56,086 nt of DNA from a virus (IMGVR_UViG_3300020420_000003:1-56086); one strand, 5' to 3'; shown: positions 36,345 to 45,552, counted from the stretch's first letter. The notes: generated from the sequence alone by a model not told the origin. A program made the numbers and translations.

Positions 36345-36991
36345 TATGTTTTCGGCCTCGTTAGTAACCCTTCTCTATACGCATCACCTGTTTGTTTGGC
36401 TTCGCCTAAATCTTTTAGTCGAGAAAGAGCTTGCATAAACTTTTGGTCGTAGTTCTGAAGAATATCAGCTTCACCCTTCATAAAGGTGTACGCTTCGATT
36501 AATGACCCATACAACATGGCGAACGGTGCGTTCGAACTTAACCAAGTCGTGCCAGAATCTGCTCCAGCAGTCAAACTAGCGGGACGATAAAAATAGTGCA
36601 GTTCTACTTGATACGCCGCATCTGGGGTTGGAGCGACGATGAAGTCTGAGGAACTAAATGCAGCATAGTATCGAGGAGTGCCCGTAGTGCTAGAGTTTGG
36701 TGTAAAATCCTCTAGATAGTTTACGTCCTTGCTGTCTAAAAAAACCTTCGATCCAGAATTGGTTATCGACATAGAATACGATGCTAAGTAATCCCCCGGC
36801 ATGGCGACAAAACGTTGCCCAATAGTCATGTTCGTAGTTACGTTTCTACGAAAAAACTCAAGCTGTACGGACTCGTGTATGCGCTGTTCGGCGTTCTTGA
36901 TGAACAATGACAGGTTGTTTACAAAAGTTGTTTCAGAATTTTCTGTGTAATCCTGAATTGCTGTTTTAAGTTCTGCAAATGTAAAGCTCAT
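36344..36991 (-). CDS. Head-tail adaptor-like protein
   Basis: LKTAIQDYTE...GTPRYYA...PTPD.Y...TWL...LYG.L.EA. Confidence 0.75.
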   Translation of the reverse strand: MSFTFAELKTAIQDYTENSETTFVNNLSLFIKNAEQRIHESVQLEFFRRNVTTNMTIGQRFVAMPGDYLASYSMSITNSGSKVFLDSKDVNYLEDFTPNSSTTGTPRYYAAFSSSDFIVAPTPDAAYQVELHYFYRPASLTAGADSGTTWLSSNAPFAMLYGSLIEAYTFMKGEADILQNYDQKFMQALSRLKDLGEAKQTGDAYREGLLTRPKT

Positions 36992-37278
36992 GACGTTGTC
37001 ACCGTTACTTTCCCAACCGCCCCGGTAGCCTCAAGATTCAAACCGCCCACTGGTTTGAAGCCAAAATATGTATCTACATGAGAATCTGGACGAGGGTTTC
37101 GTATCGCTTGTGGATCTGTCACATGTCGAGGCGGCGTTAGTTGCGGATGTTTTTCTTCGTATTCATCAGGACCAACAACCAGACCATTCCACTCTTTACG
37201 CATAGATCGCAGTCGGTATCGTCTACCAGATCTGTCTGATATACCATACGCTTTCGATCCTGACGCATATCCGGGCAT
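36988..37278 (-). CDS. Conserved hypothetical virion-associated protein
   Basis: ISDRSG.RY...EWNG..V...KHPQ...RP motif. Confidence 0.7.
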   Translation of the reverse strand: MPGYASGSKAYGISDRSGRRYRLRSMRKEWNGLVVGPDEYEEKHPQLTPPRHVTDPQAIRNPRPDSHVDTYFGFKPVGGLNLEATGAVGKVTVTTS

Positions 37279-37946
37279 TAATTAACTCTCAAATAACGTA
37301 AACTCGGAGTCAGAGTTACAGGGACACGATCCTGATCTTCGTCAGAAGCACGTTGGAACTCTTCTTCATAAATTGTCTTCAACATTTGCACACGATCTGG
37401 TGCTTTCTTAACTGCTATGTAGTACGCCAGCCCAGCAGCCATGCACGGCAAAAACCGAAAAGGCGCATCAACATCATTGACGGAAGCATCCGCGTCCTGA
37501 ATACGGTTGATAAATGTAAAGTCAATTATGTCTGTGCTATTTTCTGGCACAGGCCAAACTTCAAACTGAGGTTGAATTTGTTTATCGAAGTAATAAGACG
37601 ACGGCCTACCTTGTGTTGCTTTATCAGGAATAGCCATGTACTCCGCCCTCGACAGACGAGTCATTTGAATTGCGGTGTTATTTCGAAATAGGTTTACCTC
37701 TAGTACATCGACAACAGAAGCACTTTGAGTATAGACTGCTGTTCCTTGTGTGAGTGGTTGATTACCTACAGTCACAGTCCAGTGATTAATTCCTCTGTTT
37801 GCCCAATCTGCAAAAAGAAGATTTAAAGAGCGACGGGCTGTTTTTGCGTCGTATCCCGTTCTAACGATCATACCGCACCGTTCGTATGCTTCTTCAATAA
37901 GCTCCGATACATCAAGAGTAAAATCTCTAGAACCTGAAGTAGCCAT
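37278..37946 (-). CDS. Head-to-tail adaptor (P22 gp4-like)
   Basis: IEEAYERCG...ARRSLN...GRP...VWPVP...GLAYY. Confidence 0.75.
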   Translation of the reverse strand: MATSGSRDFTLDVSELIEEAYERCGMIVRTGYDAKTARRSLNLLFADWANRGINHWTVTVGNQPLTQGTAVYTQSASVVDVLEVNLFRNNTAIQMTRLSRAEYMAIPDKATQGRPSSYYFDKQIQPQFEVWPVPENSTDIIDFTFINRIQDADASVNDVDAPFRFLPCMAAGLAYYIAVKKAPDRVQMLKTIYEEEFQRASDEDQDRVPVTLTPSLRYLRVN

Positions 37947-38623
37947 CAATCTTCCTCGTTATAAATGTTATCAAATACTCGATTCACATCCAGTGTGTAG
38001 TCCAAATCACTTTTTGAATAATGTATGTGTGCAGACGGTTTGAAGTCGGGCGCACCTTGCCCTGTCTCGAACCATGCTGGATGAGTTACTCTAACACGAT
38101 TATTTGGCAATGCCACTATATTTCCGGTCCACTCACCAGCGTCAAGTAGATGTAAAACATGACTTTGTTTGTGTTGTGCTGGATCATCCGCAATTTCGTT
38201 TTCTGTGTAATCAACAGTAAACAAGTATTTAGCGGGGTACATTTCGCCATCTATTTTTGCTAACCAAGGGCATGGCGTAGCTCTATCTAAAACGTAAACA
38301 GCGTGATTATGTGAAGAACAATCCCATGGCTGTGCGTCATGTGTAGCCATAGGTTGAGGCCATTCCTCAAAGGGCTCGTCTGCAACAAGAGCTGTTATAG
38401 GCATTCTGGCCCACATCGCTCCCCCGTAGACGTTGTCCTCCTCAGAACCCTCGGGGTTTATGCCTGTAAATATAACCTGAAAACTAAGAGATCTGCATGG
38501 CATCGTGGTAACAGCCACCGCCATAGCGTGAAGAAACTCCCCATGATAGTTTTCATGGTTGTGCGTATATTCACGGCGCACCCAACACTTAAAGTGTGGG
38601 ATGTTGCTTTGAAGATACGGCAT
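37946..38623 (-). CDS. Conserved hypothetical protein
   Basis: QPWDC.S...YLFTVD...HKQSH...LPNNR motifs. Confidence 0.75.
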   Translation of the reverse strand: MPYLQSNIPHFKCWVRREYTHNHENYHGEFLHAMAVAVTTMPCRSLSFQVIFTGINPEGSEEDNVYGGAMWARMPITALVADEPFEEWPQPMATHDAQPWDCSSHNHAVYVLDRATPCPWLAKIDGEMYPAKYLFTVDYTENEIADDPAQHKQSHVLHLLDAGEWTGNIVALPNNRVRVTHPAWFETGQGAPDFKPSAHIHYSKSDLDYTLDVNRVFDNIYNEED

Positions 38624-38814
38624 TAGGCTTTAACGAGCTTGTAACCTTTTTTCTTGGCTGCTGCTCTAAGTTGAGCAACTGACATAGCAGGTTTCTTCTT
38701 CACTGCTCCGCCCTTACGATACCCCTTGGACTTGACCATTCCGCCCTTACGGTATCCTTTGGACTTCATCATTCCGCCCTTCTTCATGCCTTTGCTTTTC
38801 ATGCGTCTCATCAT
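38623..38814 (-). CDS. Small Lys/Gly-rich basic protein with KGG repeats
   Basis: MKSKG(M/Y)(K/R)KGG x3, encoded by a 33-bp tandem repeat (38708, 38741, 38774). Confidence 0.8.
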   Translation of the reverse strand: MMRRMKSKGMKKGGMMKSKGYRKGGMVKSKGYRKGGAVKKKPAMSVAQLRAAAKKKGYKLVKA

Positions 38815-39095
38815 CGTTTCTTTCTCCTTCGTAACGACTGTACTCTTCTAGGCTTGCCCGCTGGTTGACCCAGCCGTTTCTTTTGACTTACTCTGCTGCG
38901 CTTTTCAGCGGCAGTCATTTCTTTGGTAGTTTTGGGGGTTTTAGACGAAACCCTTTTCGAGGGGCGACAATATGGAGTACCCCGTTTTTCACCCTTGCGA
39001 CGCCCACATTTCTTCCCGGTGCGAACATCTTTCCAATCCTCTTTGAACCATCTTTTGAGGGCAAGACCCTTCTTAGTTTTTCTGACACTAGGCAT
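38811..39095 (-). CDS. Small basic protein (LKRWFKEDW...CRP motif)
   Basis: Very K/R-rich; coupled. Confidence 0.75.
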   Translation of the reverse strand: MPSVRKTKKGLALKRWFKEDWKDVRTGKKCGRRKGEKRGTPYCRPSKRVSSKTPKTTKEMTAAEKRSRVSQKKRLGQPAGKPRRVQSLRRRKKR

Positions 39096-39096
39096 C

Positions 39097-39306
39097 TCAA
39101 TAAATCTTTGTTGTACGATATTTATACTTTTGACCGTTGGAAAACTTCTTCTTAGTTACTAAGCCGCCTTTAGCTTTTTTCTGTGCCTTGTTGCCCCAGT
39201 TTTTTGCACCAACTTTTCTGCATTTTGCAATGGCCCCTGAAGCATACGCGCTCGGGAATACTTTGTACCGCGCCTTAACCTTATGATAACAAGCATCTTT
39301 CGACAT
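39097..39306 (-). CDS. Small basic protein (FPSAYASG motif)
   Basis: K-rich; AKGGLV motif. Confidence 0.75.
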   Translation of the reverse strand: MSKDACYHKVKARYKVFPSAYASGAIAKCRKVGAKNWGNKAQKKAKGGLVTKKKFSNGQKYKYRTTKIY

Positions 39307-39307
39307 G

Positions 39308-39406
39308 CTATACCTTCCTTACTCTGCGTTTACGTTTCACGGCTCGTCTCTTTTTTTGAGGCGGTTTAGTGATTTGTCTAGGAATACTTGACCTAGATAT
39401 CGTCAT
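39308..39406 (-). CDS. 32-aa basic peptide (not in ORF track)
   Basis: MTISRSSIPRQITKPPQKKRRAVKRKRRVRKV; fills the gap exactly; GAGG RBS. Confidence 0.65.
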   Translation of the reverse strand: MTISRSSIPRQITKPPQKKRRAVKRKRRVRKV

Positions 39407-39609
39407 CAAAACAACCTCTCAACAAATGGCAGTAACGCAGTTGCTATAATAATACCCACCAGATATTTAAAGTTAGCTGTGATTTTTGTATCCAGCTTAT
39501 CCATGGTTTTTTTACCATCGTCTAAACGGCGTTGTATCTCTTCATATCTAATAGAGCATTCCGCTTCGTGCTTTTCAAGTCGGGCAAGGAGTTCATCTGT
39601 TTTAGCCAT
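39406..39609 (-). CDS. XhlA-like coiled-coil plus TM protein
   Basis: HEAECSIRY..I..RL plus C-terminal TM. Confidence 0.6.
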   Translation of the reverse strand: MAKTDELLARLEKHEAECSIRYEEIQRRLDDGKKTMDKLDTKITANFKYLVGIIIATALLPFVERLF

Positions 39610-39893
39610 CAGCACTTCCACCGTCTTCTTGCTTGACGCAATCTACTATTAGGGTTCTTCGCGGCTTTGGGAAACTTCTTCATTTGACCAGCAGAACGAG
39701 CGCAGAAAGACTTTCTACGTTTCGCTGCCGCGCTACCCTTTTTTACTTTACCTGTTACAGCAGTCTTCAACTTACTACCGGGATTCATCCGACGATATGC
39801 CGCCACGCCTTTCTTCGTCATTCCCGCCCCACTTTTAGTAGAACGGAAATTACGCTTATTGCGTTTCGGCATTTTTGTCGCCGTTCTCGCCAT
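39609..39893 (-). CDS. Small basic protein (RRKSFCAR...RRWKC)
   Basis: Very K/R-rich conserved motif. Confidence 0.75.
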   Translation of the reverse strand: MARTATKMPKRNKRNFRSTKSGAGMTKKGVAAYRRMNPGSKLKTAVTGKVKKGSAAAKRRKSFCARSAGQMKKFPKAAKNPNSRLRQARRRWKC

Positions 39894-39901
39894 AGCAGTT
39901 T

Positions 39902-40183
39902 CTAGACAGTAAAGAATACGACAGACGTAATATCGTCTACCGTATGCACATTGATATCTGTCTCGAACAAGATCCCCTGTGCAGGAACAGAAATGGTATC
40001 TGTTTCCCCTGTTTGAAGATCAACGTGTAGCTTTGTTTCACCAGAGTCTGAGCCGTCTGTCAGCTTCAACTCGGGTGTTCCAGAGCCACTAGTAGTAACG
40101 AGAACTTGCATCAGGCGACAACGTCCAATAGACGCTGCCCCTGTTGCTGTAACGCGAGTGGTTTTTACATCAGAACCAGACAT
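39902..40183 (-). CDS. Virion structural protein
   Basis: AGGAG RBS; beta-rich; position after capsid genes. Confidence 0.65.
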   Translation of the reverse strand: MSGSDVKTTRVTATGAASIGRCRLMQVLVTTSGSGTPELKLTDGSDSGETKLHVDLQTGETDTISVPAQGILFETDINVHTVDDITSVVFFTV

Positions 40184-40197
40184 TACAGTCTCCTATC

Positions 40198-40662
40198 TTA
40201 CGAATCAGCGAAAGGAGTAGAAACAGATCCTGAACCAACTAAAACACCTTGAACCAGATACTCAGCCGTAGCGAGTGCAGTAGCCTCAACATACGATCCT
40301 GCATCGCCACCAGTGGTGCTGCCGTTCATTGAGATAACGTCATTAGAAGCACCCGGAGCAAAAGCTTTTGTTGTGGTTCCTGCTACAGAAACTGAACCAA
40401 CAAATTTATCTGTTCCGTCTGTTTTGATGTCCAAATCACTTGCATCCGTACCAACAAAAAATGTGTACTTTGCACCGATAGTGGCATCAGTAATAGTTGG
40501 AAGAGTAACCGCACCGTCCGCGTCATTGATTTCAATGATGCGTCCTACATGATCTGCATAAGTCAGAGTGGTTTCAATAGTAATGTTTACAACAGCGTTT
40601 GATCCGACTGCTGTGAATCCGCGTTCTGAACGAACCGGACCTGAAAAAGTAGTTTGTCCCAT
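40198..40662 (-). CDS. Minor capsid/decoration-type protein
   Basis: MGQTTFSGPVRS N-terminus; TPFADS end. Confidence 0.65.
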   Translation of the reverse strand: MGQTTFSGPVRSERGFTAVGSNAVVNITIETTLTYADHVGRIIEINDADGAVTLPTITDATIGAKYTFFVGTDASDLDIKTDGTDKFVGSVSVAGTTTKAFAPGASNDVISMNGSTTGGDAGSYVEATALATAEYLVQGVLVGSGSVSTPFADS

Positions 40663-40667
40663 TTTAA

Positions 40668-40712
40668 TCTCCTGTCAGGGCTACGTCGATCACCCCATGT
40701 GATCGTCAGGAA
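40668..40712 (-). ncRNA. Putative cis-regulatory RNA enclosing the RBS
   Basis: CCTG-A-CGATCAC-ATGGG-GTGATCG-...-CAGGAG; CCTG can pair with CAGG of the SD. Confidence 0.45.
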
Positions 40713-40736
40713 TACTCAATCTTATCTGAGTTTTTT

Positions 40737-40772
40737 ACAAAAAGAAAGGGCGGGAATAGTCCCGCCCTCTCC
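40737..40772 (-). terminator. Intrinsic terminator after major capsid gene
   Basis: AGGGCGGGA-CTAT-TCCCGCCCT then TTCTTTT. Confidence 0.9.
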
Positions 40773-40793
40773 AAAAATGTATTCACAAGTTAC

Positions 40794-41702
40794 TTACGCA
40801 CCCGGTGAACCAAACACAGAGCGTGGGTCACTGAAGCCGAAGCTGTAACGCTCACGGGCTTTGTAACGCATGTTACCTGTGTCAAAATCTGGCTCCATGT
40901 TAGTGGACATTGCCAGACGCTCGAAGTGTTTCAAACCGTTCGGAGCATCGGTTTTGATAAAGAACGCATCCGTATCGGTCAGGTAGTCATTGACCACATA
41001 ACCTTCAGGCAACAAGCCCATGCTACGGATAGCATTCGTATCGTTATCGGCAGTACCGACGCGGAGGTTAGAAACCATCAAACGTTCAGCAACAAACTGA
41101 AGCTGGCGTGGGATAATCAGTTTCTGACCTTTAAGCGCAATGATAAGACCACGTTCGTCAGTGAACCCTGCAATGCTGATTAGAGCGTCTTCCAAGGAAG
41201 TTTCGTTCAAGTCAGCGGAAGTGCTTGGTTCGTTAGAAAACGTGCCGCCGTTGGTTAGAGGGTGGTCAGTTGCACACAACTCTTTGCCGTCGCCGCCTTT
41301 GAAAGACGAGTTGAAAGCATTGTTAAGAATTGAAGCAGCTTTGACCTGCTTAGTGTGAGCCATAGCACGGGCCAGCGCACGAGTGTAGCGCGAAGAAAGA
41401 CGATCATAGAGATTGTCTTCTACAGCTTCTTCCGTGATGGAGAAGCCAAGAGCTACTGTTTCGTGGTTATAGCGCGAAGTATATGCCTCTTGAGCATCGT
41501 CAAATGAGATGCTGCCACCTTCAGATTTGGTGGGAGCAGCTCCGAAGCCGGAGAGCATCACTTCTTCTTCGAACGCACGATCCGATGTCTCGGTGTCGAA
41601 GATTTCCGCGTGTTGGTTTTCGTAGCGGGAGTATTCCATTCCGAACAGAGCGTTCAGACCGGGCTCCAGCTCTTTTGCTAATTGAGAGCGAGAAATAGCC
41701 AT
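40794..41702 (-). CDS. Major capsid protein
   Basis: MAISRSQLAKELEPGLNALFG...ITEEAVEDNLY...KARERYSFG...GSPGA; strong RBS; downstream terminator. Confidence 0.9.
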   Translation of the reverse strand: MAISRSQLAKELEPGLNALFGMEYSRYENQHAEIFDTETSDRAFEEEVMLSGFGAAPTKSEGGSISFDDAQEAYTSRYNHETVALGFSITEEAVEDNLYDRLSSRYTRALARAMAHTKQVKAASILNNAFNSSFKGGDGKELCATDHPLTNGGTFSNEPSTSADLNETSLEDALISIAGFTDERGLIIALKGQKLIIPRQLQFVAERLMVSNLRVGTADNDTNAIRSMGLLPEGYVVNDYLTDTDAFFIKTDAPNGLKHFERLAMSTNMEPDFDTGNMRYKARERYSFGFSDPRSVFGSPGA

Positions 41703-41716
41703 ATCTAACTAACTCC

Positions 41717-42352
41717 TTATACGCCAGTAGTAGACGGAGTACCAGCAGCAATACCACCATTCGGTGAGTTGAAGCTGTTATTCAGTCTAACGATTAGTGG
41801 AATACCCGCTGCACTGAAGTCTGAGTTTTCTACATCATCCAAAATGCCCATAATCCGAAGATGATGAGCAGCAGTGGCTGCAATAGTAGAAACTCCAAGC
41901 TTCGCTGAAGACAGGCCAGTGGAAGTTGAACCAGAAGCACCCGCTGCAAAATCCGCATTTGCGAAAGTAGCAGCACGGGCAGTTGATTCATCTGTCAAAC
42001 TTGCATCTGAAGCGATGATAAAAGTTTGCATTGGATTGTCATAGACAAATGCTTTGACAGGTTGGGAGGTATCTGCTCCAGAACCGGGATAAAAGTTTGA
42101 AAAAACCGTTTCGCCAGTTGTGGAAGAGACATACTCACAGCCACCAAAAACTCCAAGAAGACCTACAGTGCCGCCAGCCGCGTCGCCTACAATGTCAATA
42201 AAGCCTGTAGACAACGGAATAACTGGAGAGCCCTGAAAGATCGCGTTCGAGTTGTTGGAAGCAATACGATATTCAGTCATACCTGTGCTATTGGGAGCAG
42301 TGCCCACAATACCGATAGGTTTTAGACCGAATGCTACATTGGTATTAGCCAT
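41717..42352 (-). CDS. Capsid decoration/minor capsid protein
   Basis: MAN.NVAFGLKP N-terminus; directly upstream of MCP. Confidence 0.7.
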   Translation of the reverse strand: MANTNVAFGLKPIGIVGTAPNSTGMTEYRIASNNSNAIFQGSPVIPLSTGFIDIVGDAAGGTVGLLGVFGGCEYVSSTTGETVFSNFYPGSGADTSQPVKAFVYDNPMQTFIIASDASLTDESTARAATFANADFAAGASGSTSTGLSSAKLGVSTIAATAAHHLRIMGILDDVENSDFSAAGIPLIVRLNNSFNSPNGGIAAGTPSTTGV

Positions 42353-42375
42353 TGTATTTACTCCAATCTAGGGAG

Positions 42376-42834
42376 CTACTCTTTTTCGCCCCCGAAGGTT
42401 ACACGAGATTGCCTATCAGCAGTGATAGGCATTGAAGGATGTTGTTCCTTCATCAGGTTTTCATCGACAGCTTTCATCTGATGGCGGGTCTGGTCCCGAA
42501 AATACTCAGTTCGTTCATCAACCGTCTCGAGAGGCATACGGCAGAGAAGTAATCCACCGTTGCCAATCACACCTTGGTATTTGCCATCCTCAATGACAGG
42601 AGCCTCAAAGTCAGGATACTCATCAGCCCGGACAGGTTCCCAACCCTCACGCAATCTTGCGTGTAGATTGGTTTTATCGTCCTCGCCTCTAACGGCGGTC
42701 CGAACCCAGCGGTGTACAAAACCTTCAGGTGCGGGTGGAGCTTCAAGCATACTGGGCGGGGCCCAAGGTTTCCGTCGCGCAGTTTTTTCGCGTGTTTGCG
42801 TCTCACGAGGGGTACGTTTTTTAGACTCAGTCAT
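42376..42834 (-). CDS. Conserved head-module protein
   Basis: WAPPS.L...HRWVR...EGWEPV...GGLLL. Confidence 0.75.
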   Translation of the reverse strand: MTESKKRTPRETQTREKTARRKPWAPPSMLEAPPAPEGFVHRWVRTAVRGEDDKTNLHARLREGWEPVRADEYPDFEAPVIEDGKYQGVIGNGGLLLCRMPLETVDERTEYFRDQTRHQMKAVDENLMKEQHPSMPITADRQSRVTFGGEKE

Positions 42835-42837
42835 ATC

Positions 42838-43767
42838 TTACTCCTTCACATACTTTGCGTATTCTTCAAGCGGAACGCCAAGTTTCTTAGCGATAGCTAC
42901 CTGTGAATCGGTAAGCTTGACTGTTCTGCGCCCCTTTTTTGTCGAACGGGAAGAAGATGAATCAGCAGAGGCGACTCTGGCTCTTGGCTTCTCTTTCGGT
43001 GCATCAAACTTGTTAGGGAAATCTGCACGAATCCGTTTGTTCAATTCACTATAGTAGTCATCCGAAGTTGGGTCAAACCCTTCTTCCTCGACAAGCCGTC
43101 TGTGGATGCCAAATGCTGCATACGTCATTGACTCGTCTTCACCGAACCAACTATTTTGATCCGCCCAATCTTGAGCTTTTGGATCCGGTTGGCGCGGTGC
43201 TTGTTGCGGAGTTGCTTGTTGTGTTTGGACAGGCTGTTCGTTTGTTTCGGCGTTGTTACGTTCTACTTCAACTTTCGCCTCTTCATAGCGAGCCTGTTCC
43301 AAAGCCAGTTTGCTTATACGCTGTTGTGCTTCAAAAAGAGCATCCGGATCACCCTCATCGTGAGCTTGTTTGTAAGCAGCTTTTGCCGCCTCCATCTCAC
43401 GCTCTACACGAGTACCGAACTCCCCTACATAATCACCTTCACGTTCTTTCAGCTTGGCTTCTAGTTCAGAGTTTCGTTTCTGTACGTTTTCAGCGTATTC
43501 AACTGCTGCTTGACGCTGACGCTCTTCTTCACGGTATTTTGCCGTAAGTTTACGAATACGCCGTTGAACACCTTCGGAATAACTTTCTAATTCATCACCG
43601 TCAGAATCTGCTGTTTCAGATTCTGTCTCCTCCAGTTCTGGTTCGTCTGGTTCCTGTAACGCAACACGCGGTTCTTCTTTTTCTTGTTCCTGCTGTTCAG
43701 GCTCTTTGTCCTGAACCTGCTCCTCGTCTTCTACTTCAATGATGGTTTCTTCTGTTTCACTTTGCAT
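42838..43767 (-). CDS. Scaffolding protein
   Basis: Acidic coiled coil; A..WA..N.WFG; C-terminal AKKLGV.LEEYAK. Confidence 0.8.
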   Translation of the reverse strand: MQSETEETIIEVEDEEQVQDKEPEQQEQEKEEPRVALQEPDEPELEETESETADSDGDELESYSEGVQRRIRKLTAKYREEERQRQAAVEYAENVQKRNSELEAKLKEREGDYVGEFGTRVEREMEAAKAAYKQAHDEGDPDALFEAQQRISKLALEQARYEEAKVEVERNNAETNEQPVQTQQATPQQAPRQPDPKAQDWADQNSWFGEDESMTYAAFGIHRRLVEEEGFDPTSDDYYSELNKRIRADFPNKFDAPKEKPRARVASADSSSSRSTKKGRRTVKLTDSQVAIAKKLGVPLEEYAKYVKE

Positions 43768-43782
43768 GGCTATCTCCCATGG

Positions 43783-44205
43783 TTAAAAAATAATGTCTTC
43801 TGGATCGACAATCGTAGCAATGACTTCGTCGTCATTGATTATCCTTACCTCGCCACCTTCCAACTTAAATCTGGATCCGGCGTATCTGCCGATACATACC
43901 CAATCCCCTTCTTTACACCACGGCTCACAATCCTCCCCAAATTTGTCAGGATCTTTGTACGCCAAGGGTCCAACCTTAACAACAAAAGCAACAACCGTCG
44001 CAACCGATTCACGATCACGAGTTTCGTCGGGCATATACACGCCACCAACCGTTTTTTCGCGGCCTTTGTACGGCATAACGAGAACACGCCAACCAGTAGG
44101 TTGGGGAACTCTTTCTTTTGCGGGTTTAATTTCGGCTTGTTTTTTTGCTTTTTGTTGAGCGACTACATAGTCAGGTACTAACAGTTTCTTCTGCATCTTC
44201 GTCAT
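43783..44205 (-). CDS. groES: GroES-like co-chaperonin
   Basis: PTGWRVLV...KTVGGVYMP...VVKVGP...KEGD.V...YAG...IINDDEVIA. Confidence 0.9.
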   Translation of the reverse strand: MTKMQKKLLVPDYVVAQQKAKKQAEIKPAKERVPQPTGWRVLVMPYKGREKTVGGVYMPDETRDRESVATVVAFVVKVGPLAYKDPDKFGEDCEPWCKEGDWVCIGRYAGSRFKLEGGEVRIINDDEVIATIVDPEDIIF

Positions 44206-44383
44206 AACCTTTGAGCAAGGACTGTAACTCCTCAATAGCAAACGAAAGTCCTTGTATTTCGCCTACAATTGCGCGGTATTGCTCCAAATCCTTAACATTA
44301 CCGCTAGTAATCGCAATCGACAGATCGTCAGTCCGTTTGTCGAGATTACGTTTGTATCTTGTCAGCAGTTCAAGTGATATCAC
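44171..44383 (-). CDS. Conserved small hypothetical protein
   Basis: G..KD.EQY..IVGEIQGL motif. Confidence 0.75.
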   Translation of the reverse strand: MISLELLTRYKRNLDKRTDDLSIAITSGNVKDLEQYRAIVGEIQGLSFAIEELQSLLKGYDEDAEETVST

Positions 44384-44587
44384 TTATAGAATGCCTACAA
44401 ATTTTGTGCCGCGTGGTTTTCCGTCAACAACATCCACGTTACCTGCACCCTGTATTTCGCCACGGTGAGGACAGCTTGCCGCCATGCCACCTTCTTTAAA
44501 TCCCATACGCTCGACAACCTCGGGACGTTCTTTGGCGAGCTTCTGCAAACCTTTATTAGGCAAATCTTTAATGGGTGTTTTGAGCAT
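44384..44587 (-). CDS. Small protein with FKEGG motif
   Basis: AAGGAG RBS; NKGL.KL...P.V..RMGFKEGG; GTKFVG. Confidence 0.7.
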   Translation of the reverse strand: MLKTPIKDLPNKGLQKLAKERPEVVERMGFKEGGMAASCPHRGEIQGAGNVDVVDGKPRGTKFVGIL

Positions 44588-44607
44588 ATCAATCTCCTTA
44601 AAACTTA

Positions 44608-44641
44608 CTGCATACTAATGATATTCGTGCAAAATAGTCAA
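44608..44641 (-). promoter_or_regulatory. Putative late promoter for head genes
   Basis: TTGACT-18-TAGTAT containing TTTGCACGAATATCATT, similar to the terL upstream motif. Confidence 0.5.
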
Positions 44642-44760
44642 CAAATCCCCGCACAGATATACATCCACTCAAACGTTGATTGATGCAGGTCGTAAATAAT
44701 TACTAAAACCCCTATAAGAAAAAGCCCAAGCGCGGCTCCTATCAAACGCGGCAAGAGCAT
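44638..44760 (-). CDS. Small TM peptide (40 aa, not in ORF track)
   Basis: GAGGT RBS; MLLPRLIGAALGLFLIGVLVIIY. Confidence 0.55.
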   Translation of the reverse strand: MLLPRLIGAALGLFLIGVLVIIYDLHQSTFEWMYICAGIC

Positions 44761-44761
44761 T

Positions 44762-45223
44762 TTACTTACCTCGAGCTTTATCTATGGCTCGTGAGCCAAA
44801 CCAGAAACTAATTATCGCGGCGAATATAGCTTTGGTGTCTTCGTCCCACAGGACGTTCAACGATTCTGCCACACTCATTCCGGTGTTTAGTGCTTCACGC
44901 AACAACGTAATCTCTATTGCCAAGAACAAACCAAAGAAACAATAGGTGATTACCGGGCGGACAGATTTTTGTAGTGCCGATATAAATCCTGTGCCTTGGT
45001 TGATGCTGATATCGTGATGAATTAAACGCTCATGTTCTTTGTCAGACGCTTGTGCTTCAAAAGCTTTTAGCTCGAAATCGTAACCGTCTTTGCGTAGTTC
45101 TGCTGCGAACTTCATTTTTTCAAGTTCGAACTTTTGATCGCCTTTTTGTTTGAAATGGTCAGCGATTGCGGGGGCGGTGCTGCTGGCAAAACCAATTAGA
45201 GAACCAATTACACTAAGCATCAT
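44762..45223 (-). CDS. Holin (3TM/GTA-holin-like)
   Basis: SVRPVITY...IISFWFGSR motifs. Confidence 0.8.
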   Translation of the reverse strand: MMLSVIGSLIGFASSTAPAIADHFKQKGDQKFELEKMKFAAELRKDGYDFELKAFEAQASDKEHERLIHHDISINQGTGFISALQKSVRPVITYCFFGLFLAIEITLLREALNTGMSVAESLNVLWDEDTKAIFAAIISFWFGSRAIDKARGK

Positions 45224-45552
45224 TTCCTACTCATGTAAGCCGTAACACCCATGTACGCACCAACAACCCCAGCTTGAGCGATGTAGAAAAGACCAAGGAG
45301 GTCAGCGAGAGCATCAACACGAGTGGTAGGAACCACAGGTAAAAAAAGGACTGTTGTAAAAACAAGCATACTTGCCATAGAAACCCAAGCCATATACTGC
45401 TGTGCGTTTGCTTTTTCTTCGCGTAACTCAAGCTCGATCATCTCCTTTTCACGAGCAATCTCGTCATCGGTAACAGTGCCGTCACCGTCCAGATCAAACG
45501 CTTCGTATCTACTGCCAGCCTGTAGTTTCTTGTTGTGCTCTCGTTCAGTCAT
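45220..45552 (-). CDS. Two-TM membrane protein with EF-hand-like loop
   Basis: DLDGDGTVTDDE; two hydrophobic helices; VGAYMG. Confidence 0.7.
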   Translation of the reverse strand: MTEREHNKKLQAGSRYEAFDLDGDGTVTDDEIAREKEMIELELREEKANAQQYMAWVSMASMLVFTTVLFLPVVPTTRVDALADLLGLFYIAQAGVVGAYMGVTAYMSRK

